Of a DNA stretch of 64,000 bases, positions 55,780 through 64,000 are shown in pieces. The notes below the pieces were generated by a model. It did no database searches. It was not told the origin of the DNA and worked only from the letters and a program-made list of their open reading frames with translations. Both the position numbers and the translations under genes were made by a program. Numbering within the stretch: position 1 is the stretch's first letter; each line of letters begins with the position of its first letter. The stretch is from Coriobacteriia bacterium (GTDB lineage Bacteria > Actinomycetota > Coriobacteriia > WRKU01 > WQUG01), in contig WRFR01000001.1 of the NCBI GenBank assembly GCA_009778715.1, positions 3,383 to 67,382 of the forward strand. Direction: 5' to 3'.

Positions 55780-57057
55780 ATGCCATTCGCACTGCAAGCG
55801 ATAATCTGGGGTGTGATCACCCTTTCGATAGTTGTGTTCCTCCATGAAGGGGGACACTTCCTGGCTGCCCGGGCGTTTGGACTGCGGGTCCATGAGTTCA
55901 TGTTTGGCCTGCCTGGCCCGAAGCTCAGCTTTAAACGGGGCGATACTCGCTACGGGGTCACGGCCATTCCTTTTGGTGGCTACACAAAGATCGCCGGTAT
56001 GGATGGCGACATCCATAATAAACATCTGTCGGCAGTATTGACTCTGATCACGCGAGCGGCGCAACCCTTGTCTGCTACCCAGGTCGCCCAATCGTGTGAT
56101 ATCGATGAGGACGAAGCAGAGATCGTGCTCAACACACTGGTCGACTGGTTTGCGCTCGATTATGACGAGCAACACAAAACCTGGCGCTCGGTGTTCGCGC
56201 CTGAGCTCGCTGACGATCCCGACGCTCTGTTCAGCAAGGCGCAGGAGCACACGTACCTGGCCTTGCCGTTCTGGAAGCGCGCAGTGATCTTGTTGGCGGG
56301 TATCGTGGTAAACATCGTGTTCGCTTTGCTGGTGTTTACGGTAGTACTATCTGTCTGGGGCCAGTCGGTCGCGCTCAATAAGATCGACCCGGTCAAAGGC
56401 GGACCGGCCATCGAGGCCGGGTTGTCGAGCGGTGACAGGATAGTACGCATCGACGGCAAACAAATTTCAACGTTTGATGACATCACTGCTGCCGTTGCGC
56501 ATCTACATCCTGGCGAGACGATCAAGGTATACTACTTTCTTAACGGCACTCCCTTGAATAATAAATCGATGCCGTTTTCTACGACGCTCACATTGGGCAA
56601 GAACCCCAGCAACGCTAAACTCGGCTATCTGGGTATCGAGGCCATCCCTGAGCAACAACGGCTCTCGGTCCCACGCGCCGCGGGGCAATCGTTTACCTAT
56701 GTGAAAATGACCGTCCAGGGTATCCTGGGCTTCTTCACACCGGGGAAATTCAGCCAATCAGTCAACAATGCCGCTTCGATCGTTGGTATTTCGGTCATCG
56801 CAGCCGATGCGGCAAAAGCAGGGGGAGTGGATTATACCTGGCTGGTCGCGGCCATCTCTTTGTCGCTAGGTCTGATGAACCTGTTGCCGATACCGCCGCT
56901 TGACGGAGGCAAGGTCGTGGTGGAGGCCGTCGAAAAGATCCGCCGCAAACCGCTCTCGCTGAAGGCCAACGCAGCGATCTCTGCCGCAGGCTTGCTGCTG
57001 CTGATGACTTTCATGGTCTATGTAATGGGCCACGATATCTTCCGACTGGTGAAGTAG
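55780..57057 (+). CDS. rseP: RIP zinc metalloprotease RseP (site-2 protease)
   Basis: HEGGHFLAAR (HExxH), PDZ domain, and LLPIPPLDGG (LDG motif). Confidence 0.85.
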   Translation: MPFALQAIIWGVITLSIVVFLHEGGHFLAARAFGLRVHEFMFGLPGPKLSFKRGDTRYGVTAIPFGGYTKIAGMDGDIHNKHLSAVLTLITRAAQPLSATQVAQSCDIDEDEAEIVLNTLVDWFALDYDEQHKTWRSVFAPELADDPDALFSKAQEHTYLALPFWKRAVILLAGIVVNIVFALLVFTVVLSVWGQSVALNKIDPVKGGPAIEAGLSSGDRIVRIDGKQISTFDDITAAVAHLHPGETIKVYYFLNGTPLNNKSMPFSTTLTLGKNPSNAKLGYLGIEAIPEQQRLSVPRAAGQSFTYVKMTVQGILGFFTPGKFSQSVNNAASIVGISVIAADAAKAGGVDYTWLVAAISLSLGLMNLLPIPPLDGGKVVVEAVEKIRRKPLSLKANAAISAAGLLLLMTFMVYVMGHDIFRLVK

Positions 57058-57071
57058 AGAGCGGGGCTACC

Positions 57072-58124
57072 GTGGCAGTAATACGCAGACAGAGCCGCGT
57101 GATAGACGTGGGGGGTGTTTCGATTGGCGGGGCGACGCCGATCGTTGTCCAGTCGATGCTGTCGACTGACACGCGTGACGTGGCCGCCTCCTGCGAACAG
57201 CTTCAGCGTCTTGTGGATGCGGGCTGTGAGTTGGTGCGGGTAGCGATACCCCATAACGACGCCCTTGAGGGCTTTGAAGCGATCACAGCCGCTTCGCCCG
57301 TGCCGATCATCGCGGATATCCATTTCGACTACAAGTTGGCGCTGGGCGCTCTGGAGCGCGGCGCGGCGAAGCTCCGCATCAACCCGGGCAATATGGCCCG
57401 GATGGCTGATGTTGACGCCGTCATTGACGCGGCGGGGGAGAAGGGTGTTCCTATACGGATCGGCGTCAATGCGGGTTCGCTCGCGAAAGCCTATGATGAA
57501 CGTAGCGATATGTCGCTTCCGGAAAAACTCGCCGAGAGCGCTCTGTCCTATGCCCGCCATTTTGAAGAACGAGGCTTTACTGACATCGCAGTGAGCGTGA
57601 AAGCGTCCTCGGTACCGGTGACCGTGGCTGCCTACCGCGCCCTGGCCGTACGCTGCGATTACCCGCTGCACATCGGCGTGACGGAAGCGGGCACCTACGA
57701 ACGCGGCACGGTCAAGAGCGCTGTTGGCCTCGGCATCCTTCTCGCCGAGGGCATCGGAGACACCCTGCGCGTCTCGCTGACCGCTGACCCCGAAAAGGAA
57801 GTCGGCGTTGCCTGGCGCATCCTTGAGGCGCTCGACTTGCGCCGCCATGGCGCAGAACTCATCAGCTGCCCAACCTGCGGGCGCTGCGAGATCGATCTCT
57901 TCAGTATTGTGGCCGAGGTCGAGGAGCGCCTGAAAAGCGTTGACCGTGATGTGAAAGTAGCGGTCATGGGCTGTGTAGTCAACGGCCCTGGCGAAGCGCG
58001 CGAGGCTGACTTTGGCATCGCGGGCGGTCGTGGCATGGGCATGCTCTTTGCACATGGCCAGACTCTGCGCAAAGTCCCTGAAACAGAGCTGGTCGATGCC
58101 CTCTTTGCGGAAATCTCGAAATAA
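57072..58124 (+). CDS. ispG: 4-hydroxy-3-methylbut-2-enyl diphosphate synthase IspG
   Basis: …IGGATPIVVQSM…RINPGN… and CPTCGRCEIDL…GCVVNGPGE, the [4Fe-4S] Cys triad. Confidence 0.9.
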   Translation: MAVIRRQSRVIDVGGVSIGGATPIVVQSMLSTDTRDVAASCEQLQRLVDAGCELVRVAIPHNDALEGFEAITAASPVPIIADIHFDYKLALGALERGAAKLRINPGNMARMADVDAVIDAAGEKGVPIRIGVNAGSLAKAYDERSDMSLPEKLAESALSYARHFEERGFTDIAVSVKASSVPVTVAAYRALAVRCDYPLHIGVTEAGTYERGTVKSAVGLGILLAEGIGDTLRVSLTADPEKEVGVAWRILEALDLRRHGAELISCPTCGRCEIDLFSIVAEVEERLKSVDRDVKVAVMGCVVNGPGEAREADFGIAGGRGMGMLFAHGQTLRKVPETELVDALFAEISK

Positions 58125-58158
58125 GCCTTAGGAAATCGGAGAAGAAACGAGAAACCTT

Positions 58159-59418
58159 ATGCAAAATCGCTGCCCTCACGTACTTTCGATGGATGAACTC
58201 TATGCGCCGACGCTCAAAGAAACACCGGTAGAAGCTGAGCTCATCAGCCATCAGCTGATGCTGCGCGCAGGCATGATCCGCAAAACCGCTTCGGGCATCT
58301 ACTCATACCTGCCACTGGGGTGGCGCGTCATCAAAAAGATCGAACAAATAGTGCGCGAGGAGATGGACGCGATCGGCTGCCAGGAGGTGTCGTTGCCGGT
58401 GCTGCAACCGGCCGAGCTCTGGCAGGAGAGCGGACGTTGGCCGGTCTATGGTCCTGAGCTCATGCGCCTGACCGATCGCCATGAACGTGAGTTCTGCCTT
58501 GGACCTACTCATGAGGAGATCATCACGGCACTCGTGCGCAGCGAGCTGCGCAGCTACAAGCAATTACCACTCACGCTCTACCAGATCAACCTGAAGTTCC
58601 GTGATGAGATGCGCCCGCGTTTCGGGCTCATGCGCGGACGTGAATTCATCATGAAAGACGCCTATTCCTTCGGCACAGACCAGGCAGCGTTGGATGCAGA
58701 CTACGCGGCGCAGGAAGGCGCCTACCGCAAGATTTGCGAGCGCATGAAGATGGATTACCGCATCGTGGACGCCGACTCCGGTGAGATCGGCGGCAGCGTT
58801 TCTGCCGAGTTTATGGCCCTGGCTGAGGCAGGTGAGTCAGAGATCGTCTACTGTGAGTGCGGCTTTGCGGCTGATACCGAAGTCTGCGAGCAGGAGTCGT
58901 GTCCTCAGTGCGGCGCGCCCCTGCAGCATGCGCGTGGTATCGAGATAGGGCAGATCTTCCAACTGGGAACAAAGTATTCCGAGGCAATGGGAGCCACGTT
59001 CCAGGATGAAGATGGCACCGATAAGCCCTTTGTCATGGGATGCTATGGTATCGGTGTCTCGCGCATAGCAGCGGCGCTGATCGAGCAGAAACATGATGAG
59101 CGTGGTTGCATCTGGCCAAAGTCAGTGGCGCCCGCAGAGGTCGCGGTCCTGGCCCTGGATGGTGTTGGTGAAGTAGCTGAGACGGCCGCCACTTTGGCAC
59201 ATAAGCTGGCCGAGGCTGACGTCGAGGTGGTCTTAGATGCGCGCCCAGAACGGCCGGGCGTCAAGTTTGCTGAAGCCGATCTGATCGGCTGGCCACAGCA
59301 GCTCATCGTGGGTAAGCGCGGCCTGGCTGCCGGCATCGTCGAGATCAAGGATCGCGCTACGGGTGAAACTCACGATGCGCCTCTCGATGAAGCCGTCGGT
59401 TACCTGGTCGAATCGTAA
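58159..59418 (+). CDS. proS: Prolyl-tRNA synthetase (bacterial type, INS editing domain absent, Cys-rich insert instead)
   Basis: …LKETPVEAELISHQLMLRAGMIRK…FRDEMRPRFGLMRGREFIMKDAYSF… aligns with E. coli ProRS. About 180 aa between motifs 2 and 3 are replaced by CECGFAADTEVCEQESCPQCG. Confidence 0.85.
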   Translation: MQNRCPHVLSMDELYAPTLKETPVEAELISHQLMLRAGMIRKTASGIYSYLPLGWRVIKKIEQIVREEMDAIGCQEVSLPVLQPAELWQESGRWPVYGPELMRLTDRHEREFCLGPTHEEIITALVRSELRSYKQLPLTLYQINLKFRDEMRPRFGLMRGREFIMKDAYSFGTDQAALDADYAAQEGAYRKICERMKMDYRIVDADSGEIGGSVSAEFMALAEAGESEIVYCECGFAADTEVCEQESCPQCGAPLQHARGIEIGQIFQLGTKYSEAMGATFQDEDGTDKPFVMGCYGIGVSRIAAALIEQKHDERGCIWPKSVAPAEVAVLALDGVGEVAETAATLAHKLAEADVEVVLDARPERPGVKFAEADLIGWPQQLIVGKRGLAAGIVEIKDRATGETHDAPLDEAVGYLVES

Positions 59419-59436
59419 AGGGATCAGGGCTCTCGC

Positions 59437-60516
59437 ATGAAGGTGCTTGAAGTATCCGGCAGAGCTGCAGGCGGCATGGGAACACACGTGAGGCTCCTGT
59501 GCGAACTTCTGGCGGATGCCGGAGTCAAAGTAACGCTCGCGCAACCGGAAACCAATACCTCGATAGGGCGCGCGGACATCCCGGAAGTCGCGCTTGCGAT
59601 ATCGAGCCGCCCAACGCCTGGCGACCAGAAGACGATCTCAACGCTCAAGGAGCTTACGGCGGGTTATGATGCGGTGCAGGCGCATGGGCTGCGTGCGGGC
59701 GCCCTGGCAGCGTTGGCACTCCGTAAGATCACGCCTCGGGGGCGGCCCCGGCTCATCGTCACGCTACATAACCAGATCAGCGGCTCGGGTTCGACCCGCT
59801 TGATCGGAAACTACCTGCTTACAACCATCTGCAAGAACGCCGACATCGTGTTGGGGGTAAGCCCCGACCTGGTTGGAGAGGCAAAGCGCCGGGGTGCGCG
59901 AAACGTTGCGCTTGCCCTGATCGCCGCACAGGAGGCGCCGACGACAGACAAGGACCGTGACACGATTCGCCATGACTTGCATATCGATACCCCCCTCTGT
60001 TTCGTCACGCTCGCGCGCCTGGCGCCTCAGAAAGGGCTCAATATTCTCATTAAGGCCGCTCAACAGATGGAGCTTTCAGACTACACCTGGCTCATTGCGG
60101 GCGTCGGTCCGCTGCGTGCTGAGCTCGAGACCGCCGCACAGGGGCTGCCGATTCGTTTTCTCGGGCACTACCGCGAGATCGGTGAGCTGCTCCTGGCAGC
60201 TGACGCAGTGGTCTCCACCTCGATCTGGGAAGGACAGCCAGTCGCCTTGCAGGAGGCCCTCAGGGCAGGCTGTCCCATCATTGCGACCGATGTGGGGGGC
60301 ACCGCTGCGGTAACAGGCGAGGCTGCACTTCTGGTGGAACCGAATCCCGCGTCGATCGCTGCTGCGCTGGATAAGTTCAGCCAGGACGCTGACTTGCGCA
60401 CCCAACTTCACAACGCCGCGCTCAGGCGGGCGCAGGAATTACCGACGCCTGCGCAGATGCTCACCCAGGTCCTTGAAGCACTATCAGGAAGGCAAAATGG
60501 AGGGACAGAGGGATGA
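59437..60516 (+). CDS. GT4-family (group 1) glycosyltransferase
   Basis: 359 aa. GT-B fold with the C-terminal …WEGQPVALQEALRAGCPIIATDVGG… motif (E-x7-E region). Confidence 0.75.
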   Translation: MKVLEVSGRAAGGMGTHVRLLCELLADAGVKVTLAQPETNTSIGRADIPEVALAISSRPTPGDQKTISTLKELTAGYDAVQAHGLRAGALAALALRKITPRGRPRLIVTLHNQISGSGSTRLIGNYLLTTICKNADIVLGVSPDLVGEAKRRGARNVALALIAAQEAPTTDKDRDTIRHDLHIDTPLCFVTLARLAPQKGLNILIKAAQQMELSDYTWLIAGVGPLRAELETAAQGLPIRFLGHYREIGELLLAADAVVSTSIWEGQPVALQEALRAGCPIIATDVGGTAAVTGEAALLVEPNPASIAAALDKFSQDADLRTQLHNAALRRAQELPTPAQMLTQVLEALSGRQNGGTEG

Positions 60517-60657
60517 CAACCGTTGAAGTGTGTTGAATAGGGCGAAGGGTGACAGACGCCAACACGCTATGTTACACTTGTTGTGCACTAACCAAATGAT
60601 TTTCTGAGGAAAGTGGGCTAAGGCCCGCTTTTTTTACACTTAAGGGAGAGGTGAACG

Positions 60658-61827
60658 ATGGCAGAAAGCGACCTGATGCAGGCGCTCCGCGATATCGCGG
60701 TCGAGCGAGGGATCGATGAAGTCGAGCTTTTGACGCGCCTCGAGGAGCATCTCGCTCCCGTTTATGAGCGGGTGTTGCGCCTGGCTTATGACGCTCGTGT
60801 CATGATTGATCGTGAGACCGGCGCCATTTATGTATTCGAGCTGGTCCCTACCAATGAGGATACGGCGGAGACCGACGAAGAACTTGAGTTTGAAGAGGTC
60901 GACGTAACGCCTCAGGAAGTGTCGCGTATCGCGGCCCATCAGGCGAAGTCGATCATCAACTCTATGGTCCGCGAGGCCCGGCGGGAAAAGGTCTTCAAGG
61001 AGTATCAGGGCCGCGTGGGCGAGATGATCACCGGCCTTGTCCAGCAGACTAATCGCAAATTCACGATCATGAAGCTCGACAATGACGTTGAAGCAGAGCT
61101 CCCGCGCCGTGAGCAACCTGACAATGAGCACTACCACTTCAATGAACGTATCAAGTGCATCATCGCCGAAGTGCGTGATACTGACAAGTCGCACGAGTCG
61201 GGCATCGTCTTATCCCGTAAGCATCCGCAGCTTATCAAACGCCTTTTCGAGATCGAGGTGCCCGAGGTTTATGATGGCATCGTTGAGTTCAAAAGCATCG
61301 CGCGTGAAGCTGGCGTGCGCTCGAAAGTGGCTGTATCCAGTCGCGAGCCGGGCCTTGACCCGGTGGGCGCCTGCGTAGGGCCAGGTGGCTCGCGTGTACG
61401 TAACGTAGTCTCTGACCTGCGAGGAGAGCGTATCGACATCATCCCCTGGAATGACGATCCGGCAACTTATGTGGCCAATGCGCTTTCACCCGCCAAGGTA
61501 GAGCGCGTCATTATCGACCCTGAGACTCATACCGCCAATGTCATCGTTGCCGACAGCCAACTCTCGCTTGCGATCGGCAAGGAGGGCCAAAACGCGCGCC
61601 TGGCAGCCCAGTTGACGGGCTGGCGCATCGACGTGAAGAACATGGCCATGGCGACCGACCAGGGCCTGATCTCACTTCTGCCCCAGATCGAAGAAGCCGA
61701 GGAGGCAGGCGAGCGTATCTGCGCTGCAGTGACCGCCGATGGCGTACGTTGTCGCAACCATGCGCGCCCTGGCTCGATCTACTGCGGTGTCCATGAGAAA
61801 GCTGCAGCCAAAGGAACACGGGGGTAA
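60658..61827 (+). CDS. nusA: Transcription termination/antitermination factor NusA with Cys/His-containing C-terminal tail
   Basis: NTD, S1 and KH1-KH2 (…GKEGQNARLAAQLTGWRIDVKN…), then a ~60-aa tail: …ICAAVTADGVRCRNHARPGSIYCGVHEK. Confidence 0.9.
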   Translation: MAESDLMQALRDIAVERGIDEVELLTRLEEHLAPVYERVLRLAYDARVMIDRETGAIYVFELVPTNEDTAETDEELEFEEVDVTPQEVSRIAAHQAKSIINSMVREARREKVFKEYQGRVGEMITGLVQQTNRKFTIMKLDNDVEAELPRREQPDNEHYHFNERIKCIIAEVRDTDKSHESGIVLSRKHPQLIKRLFEIEVPEVYDGIVEFKSIAREAGVRSKVAVSSREPGLDPVGACVGPGGSRVRNVVSDLRGERIDIIPWNDDPATYVANALSPAKVERVIIDPETHTANVIVADSQLSLAIGKEGQNARLAAQLTGWRIDVKNMAMATDQGLISLLPQIEEAEEAGERICAAVTADGVRCRNHARPGSIYCGVHEKAAAKGTRG

Positions 61828-61834
61828 GCGCCGA

Positions 61835-62131
61835 GTGGTTCAGACACGGAAAACACCTGAACGCAGCTGCGTGGCCTGTCGCCATAAGGGCGACAAGAGC
61901 GATCTGCTGCGCATCGTGAGAAGCCCGGAGGGTGTCGTCGCTCTCGATACGAGCAGCCGTGCGCCTGGCCGTGGCGCCTATGTCTGTCAGAACGCTCGCT
62001 GCCTGGAGGCAGCATTAGCGTCGAATAAACTTGCACGCGCTTTGCGCGTTGACCTGACCGCGCAAGACTGCGAAGCGCTGCGGCGCATGTTTGCCGAATG
62101 GGAAGGAGCGTGCGCCCATGGCGGGAACTAA
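61835..62131 (+). CDS. YlxR/RnpM-family (DUF448) protein
   Basis: …[47 protein letters not shown]… A GTG at 61835 lies right after the nusA stop. The alternative ATG 61793 would overlap nusA by 35 nt. The 3' end overlaps the infB start. Confidence 0.6.
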   Translation: MVQTRKTPERSCVACRHKGDKSDLLRIVRSPEGVVALDTSSRAPGRGAYVCQNARCLEAALASNKLARALRVDLTAQDCEALRRMFAEWEGACAHGGN

Positions 62132-64000
62132 GGTTCACGAACTCGCAAAGGAGTTCGGCATGTCGAGCAACGAACTTCTTGAGCACCTTAAGGAACTGAA
62201 CATACCAGCCAAAAGCCATGCGACGAGCCTAGTGGATGCCTACGTCGACCTCATCCGTGAGCATCTTGCGCCCTTATTGGCGGAGCGTCAGGCTGAGATC
62301 GAGAAAGCGCATGCTGCCGAGGAAGCCAAGGAACAGGCTCGCCTGGCAGCCGAAGAAGAGAAGCGGCAGGCCGAGCTTAAAGAACGCCAGGCACGCGAGG
62401 CTGAGCTGCGTCGCGAGCATGAAGAAGAGCGTGCAGCACGAGAGGCTGAGTCGGCACGTGAGGCTGCTGAACAAGAGCGTCAGGAAACGCTGGAAGCTAC
62501 TATACCTGAGGCCATAGCTGAGCCTGAAGAAACGCCGCCGGAAGCACCTCAACGCACACGGGGCGCTCACGCGAAAAAACTCCAAAAGGATGCCGTCACT
62601 CAGGAGCGCGAGAGTAAGCGCAAAAGCCTTGAGGAGACGATCGCGGCAGAAACCGCTCGCCTGGAGGCTGCTGCAGTTGCTAAACGTGAGGCTGAGGAAG
62701 CTGAGCGCTACCGTAATATGGCGATCGAGGCCGAGAAACTTGAGACCGAGAAGGTGCTCGCGCAGATGCGCGCCGAGATAGAGGCGGCTCAGCGTGAGAA
62801 TCAGGCTAAAAAGAAAAAGAAAGAAAAGGACCGCGAGGACGCAGACAAAAGCGAGCAGGAATCGACTGGCGCCACTAAGTCGAAAAAGAAGGCGGGCGCG
62901 CCGTCAGCAGAATCCACTGCAGATGGCGTGGTATTCGTTGAAGAGGGGGTCACGGTAGGTGACTTTGCTACGGCATTGGGCACTTCGAGTAATGACCTCA
63001 TCAAGACGCTCTTCATGCTCGGGACCCCACTTACCGTCAACCAGCCGCTTTCCAATGAGCTTATCGAGCTTCTGGCCGATGACCTGGGCCGCGAAATCGA
63101 GATCCGTGATCCCGAGACTGAAATGACCTGGACCTTCAAGGATGCGGCAGAAGATATGCTCCCCCGCAGCCCCGTGGTCACCGTTATGGGGCATGTCGAT
63201 CATGGTAAGACCTCCCTGCTTGATGCGATCCGGGAAACTGGTGTCGCAGAGGCAGAGGCGGGCGGGATCACCCAGCATATCGGCGCTTCAGTCGTCGAGA
63301 AGAACGGACGTCGGATCACCTTCATCGATACGCCGGGACATGAGGCGTTCACGGCGATGCGCGCACGCGGCGCGAACATCACCGATATCGTCATCCTGGT
63401 CGTAGCTGCCGACGATGGCGTAATGCCGCAGACGATCGAAGCGATCAATCACGCCAAAGCGGCGGACGTACCGATCGTAGTCGCGGTCAACAAGATCGAC
63501 AAGGACAACGCAAACCCTGACACGGTGCGCCAGATGCTCACCGAATACGAAGTCATCCCTGAGGAATGGGGTGGCAAGAATATCTTCGTCAACATCAGCG
63601 CAAAGAAGCGCATCGGCATCGATGACCTGCTTGAGATGGTGCTGCTTCAGGCGGATATGCTTGAGCTGCAAGCCAATCCAAACGCCCCGGCCTTCGGCAC
63701 GGTCATCGAGGCCAAGCTCGATAAAGGCCGTGGCCCAGTCGCTACCGTACTGGTGCAGCGCGGCACACTGCATACGGGTGATGCGCTGGTCGCAGGTACC
63801 GCCTTTGGCCACGTACGCGCCCTGCTTGATGATAAGGGCCGCTCGATCAAGTCAGCGGGACCTTCGGAACCTGCGGAGATCATCGGGCTTCAGACGGTCC
63901 CGTCTTCCGGCGACGAGTTCTGTGTCTTCACTGACGAACGCGCGGCGCGCAGCCTGGCTGACGAGCGCGCCATGAAGCAACGCCTGCGCGCGCAGGAGAG
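62118..64000 (+). CDS. infB: Translation initiation factor IF-2 (5' part; continues beyond window)
   Basis: [30 protein letters not shown]… followed by a charged linker, then the G domain ([32 protein letters not shown]). SD GGAAGGAG. No stop before 64000. Confidence 0.9.
   Translation, partial: MAGTKVHELAKEFGMSSNELLEHLKELNIPAKSHATSLVDAYVDLIREHLAPLLAERQAEIEKAHAAEEAKEQARLAAEEEKRQAELKERQAREAELRREHEEERAAREAESAREAAEQERQETLEATIPEAIAEPEETPPEAPQRTRGAHAKKLQKDAVTQERESKRKSLEETIAAETARLEAAAVAKREAEEAERYRNMAIEAEKLETEKVLAQMRAEIEAAQRENQAKKKKKEKDREDADKSEQESTGATKSKKKAGAPSAESTADGVVFVEEGVTVGDFATALGTSSNDLIKTLFMLGTPLTVNQPLSNELIELLADDLGREIEIRDPETEMTWTFKDAAEDMLPRSPVVTVMGHVDHGKTSLLDAIRETGVAEAEAGGITQHIGASVVEKNGRRITFIDTPGHEAFTAMRARGANITDIVILVVAADDGVMPQTIEAINHAKAADVPIVVAVNKIDKDNANPDTVRQMLTEYEVIPEEWGGKNIFVNISAKKRIGIDDLLEMVLLQADMLELQANPNAPAFGTVIEAKLDKGRGPVATVLVQRGTLHTGDALVAGTAFGHVRALLDDKGRSIKSAGPSEPAEIIGLQTVPSSGDEFCVFTDERAARSLADERAMKQRLRAQE

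Noticed and set aside
61739-61834. Upstream extension of ylxR overlapping the nusA 3' end (listed ORF start 61739)
   Set aside because: The YlxR family begins a few residues before the R-x-C-V-x-C motif. The extension overlaps nusA coding sequence and lacks an SD. GTG 61835 (or ATG 61793) is preferred.

Overview
The window is a high-GC chromosome segment (backbone roughly 60-65% GC by eye) with a Firmicutes-like gene order: rny, yloU-yloV(fakA)-degV(fakB)-recG, rpmF-plsX-fabD-acpP-rnc-smc-ftsY-ffh, rpsP-KH-rimM-trmD-lepB. Together with the GC content this points to a Coriobacteriia-like high-GC Gram-positive, but that identification is an inference. Almost all of it is + strand core housekeeping genes: mgtA, murI, rph, rdgB, a TPP-riboswitch-thiT-thiN thiamine salvage unit, rpmB(-), asp23-fakA-fakB-recG-rsmD-coaD, rpmF-plsX-(inactive fabD-like)-acpP-rnc-smc-ftsY-ffh-rpsP-KH-rimM-trmD-lepB-rny, a stand-alone MutL-N-terminal-like ATPase, miaB-miaA-dapF-aminotransferase-hflX, lexA(-), nrdR-dut, def-fmt-rsmB-glpX-PASTA protein, tRNA-Pro/Gly/Arg/His with a small redox islet between them, rpsB-tsf-pyrH-frr-uppS-cdsA-dxr-rseP-ispG-proS-GT4, and nusA-ylxR-infB (infB runs off the window end). 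Two clearly lower-GC accessory patches stand out. The first is 1-2600: an mgtA fragment remnant, a CxxC protein, an over-long AbiEi-like protein and an under-sized nucleotidyltransferase, all just upstream of the intact mgtA. This is the best candidate for an undescribed defence or TA variant. The second is 5460-6950: phd/parE plus an XRE regulator and a four-helix membrane protein. Other points of interest: a Q/S/H-substituted (presumably dead) FabD next to FakA/FakB and PlsX; a LexA-box-controlled 37-aa hydrophobic peptide divergent from lexA; a GTGACAAA...TTTGTCAC palindromic intergenic repeat family; and structured TIR-bounded elements following two tRNA genes. No CRISPR array, integrase or transposase was found.
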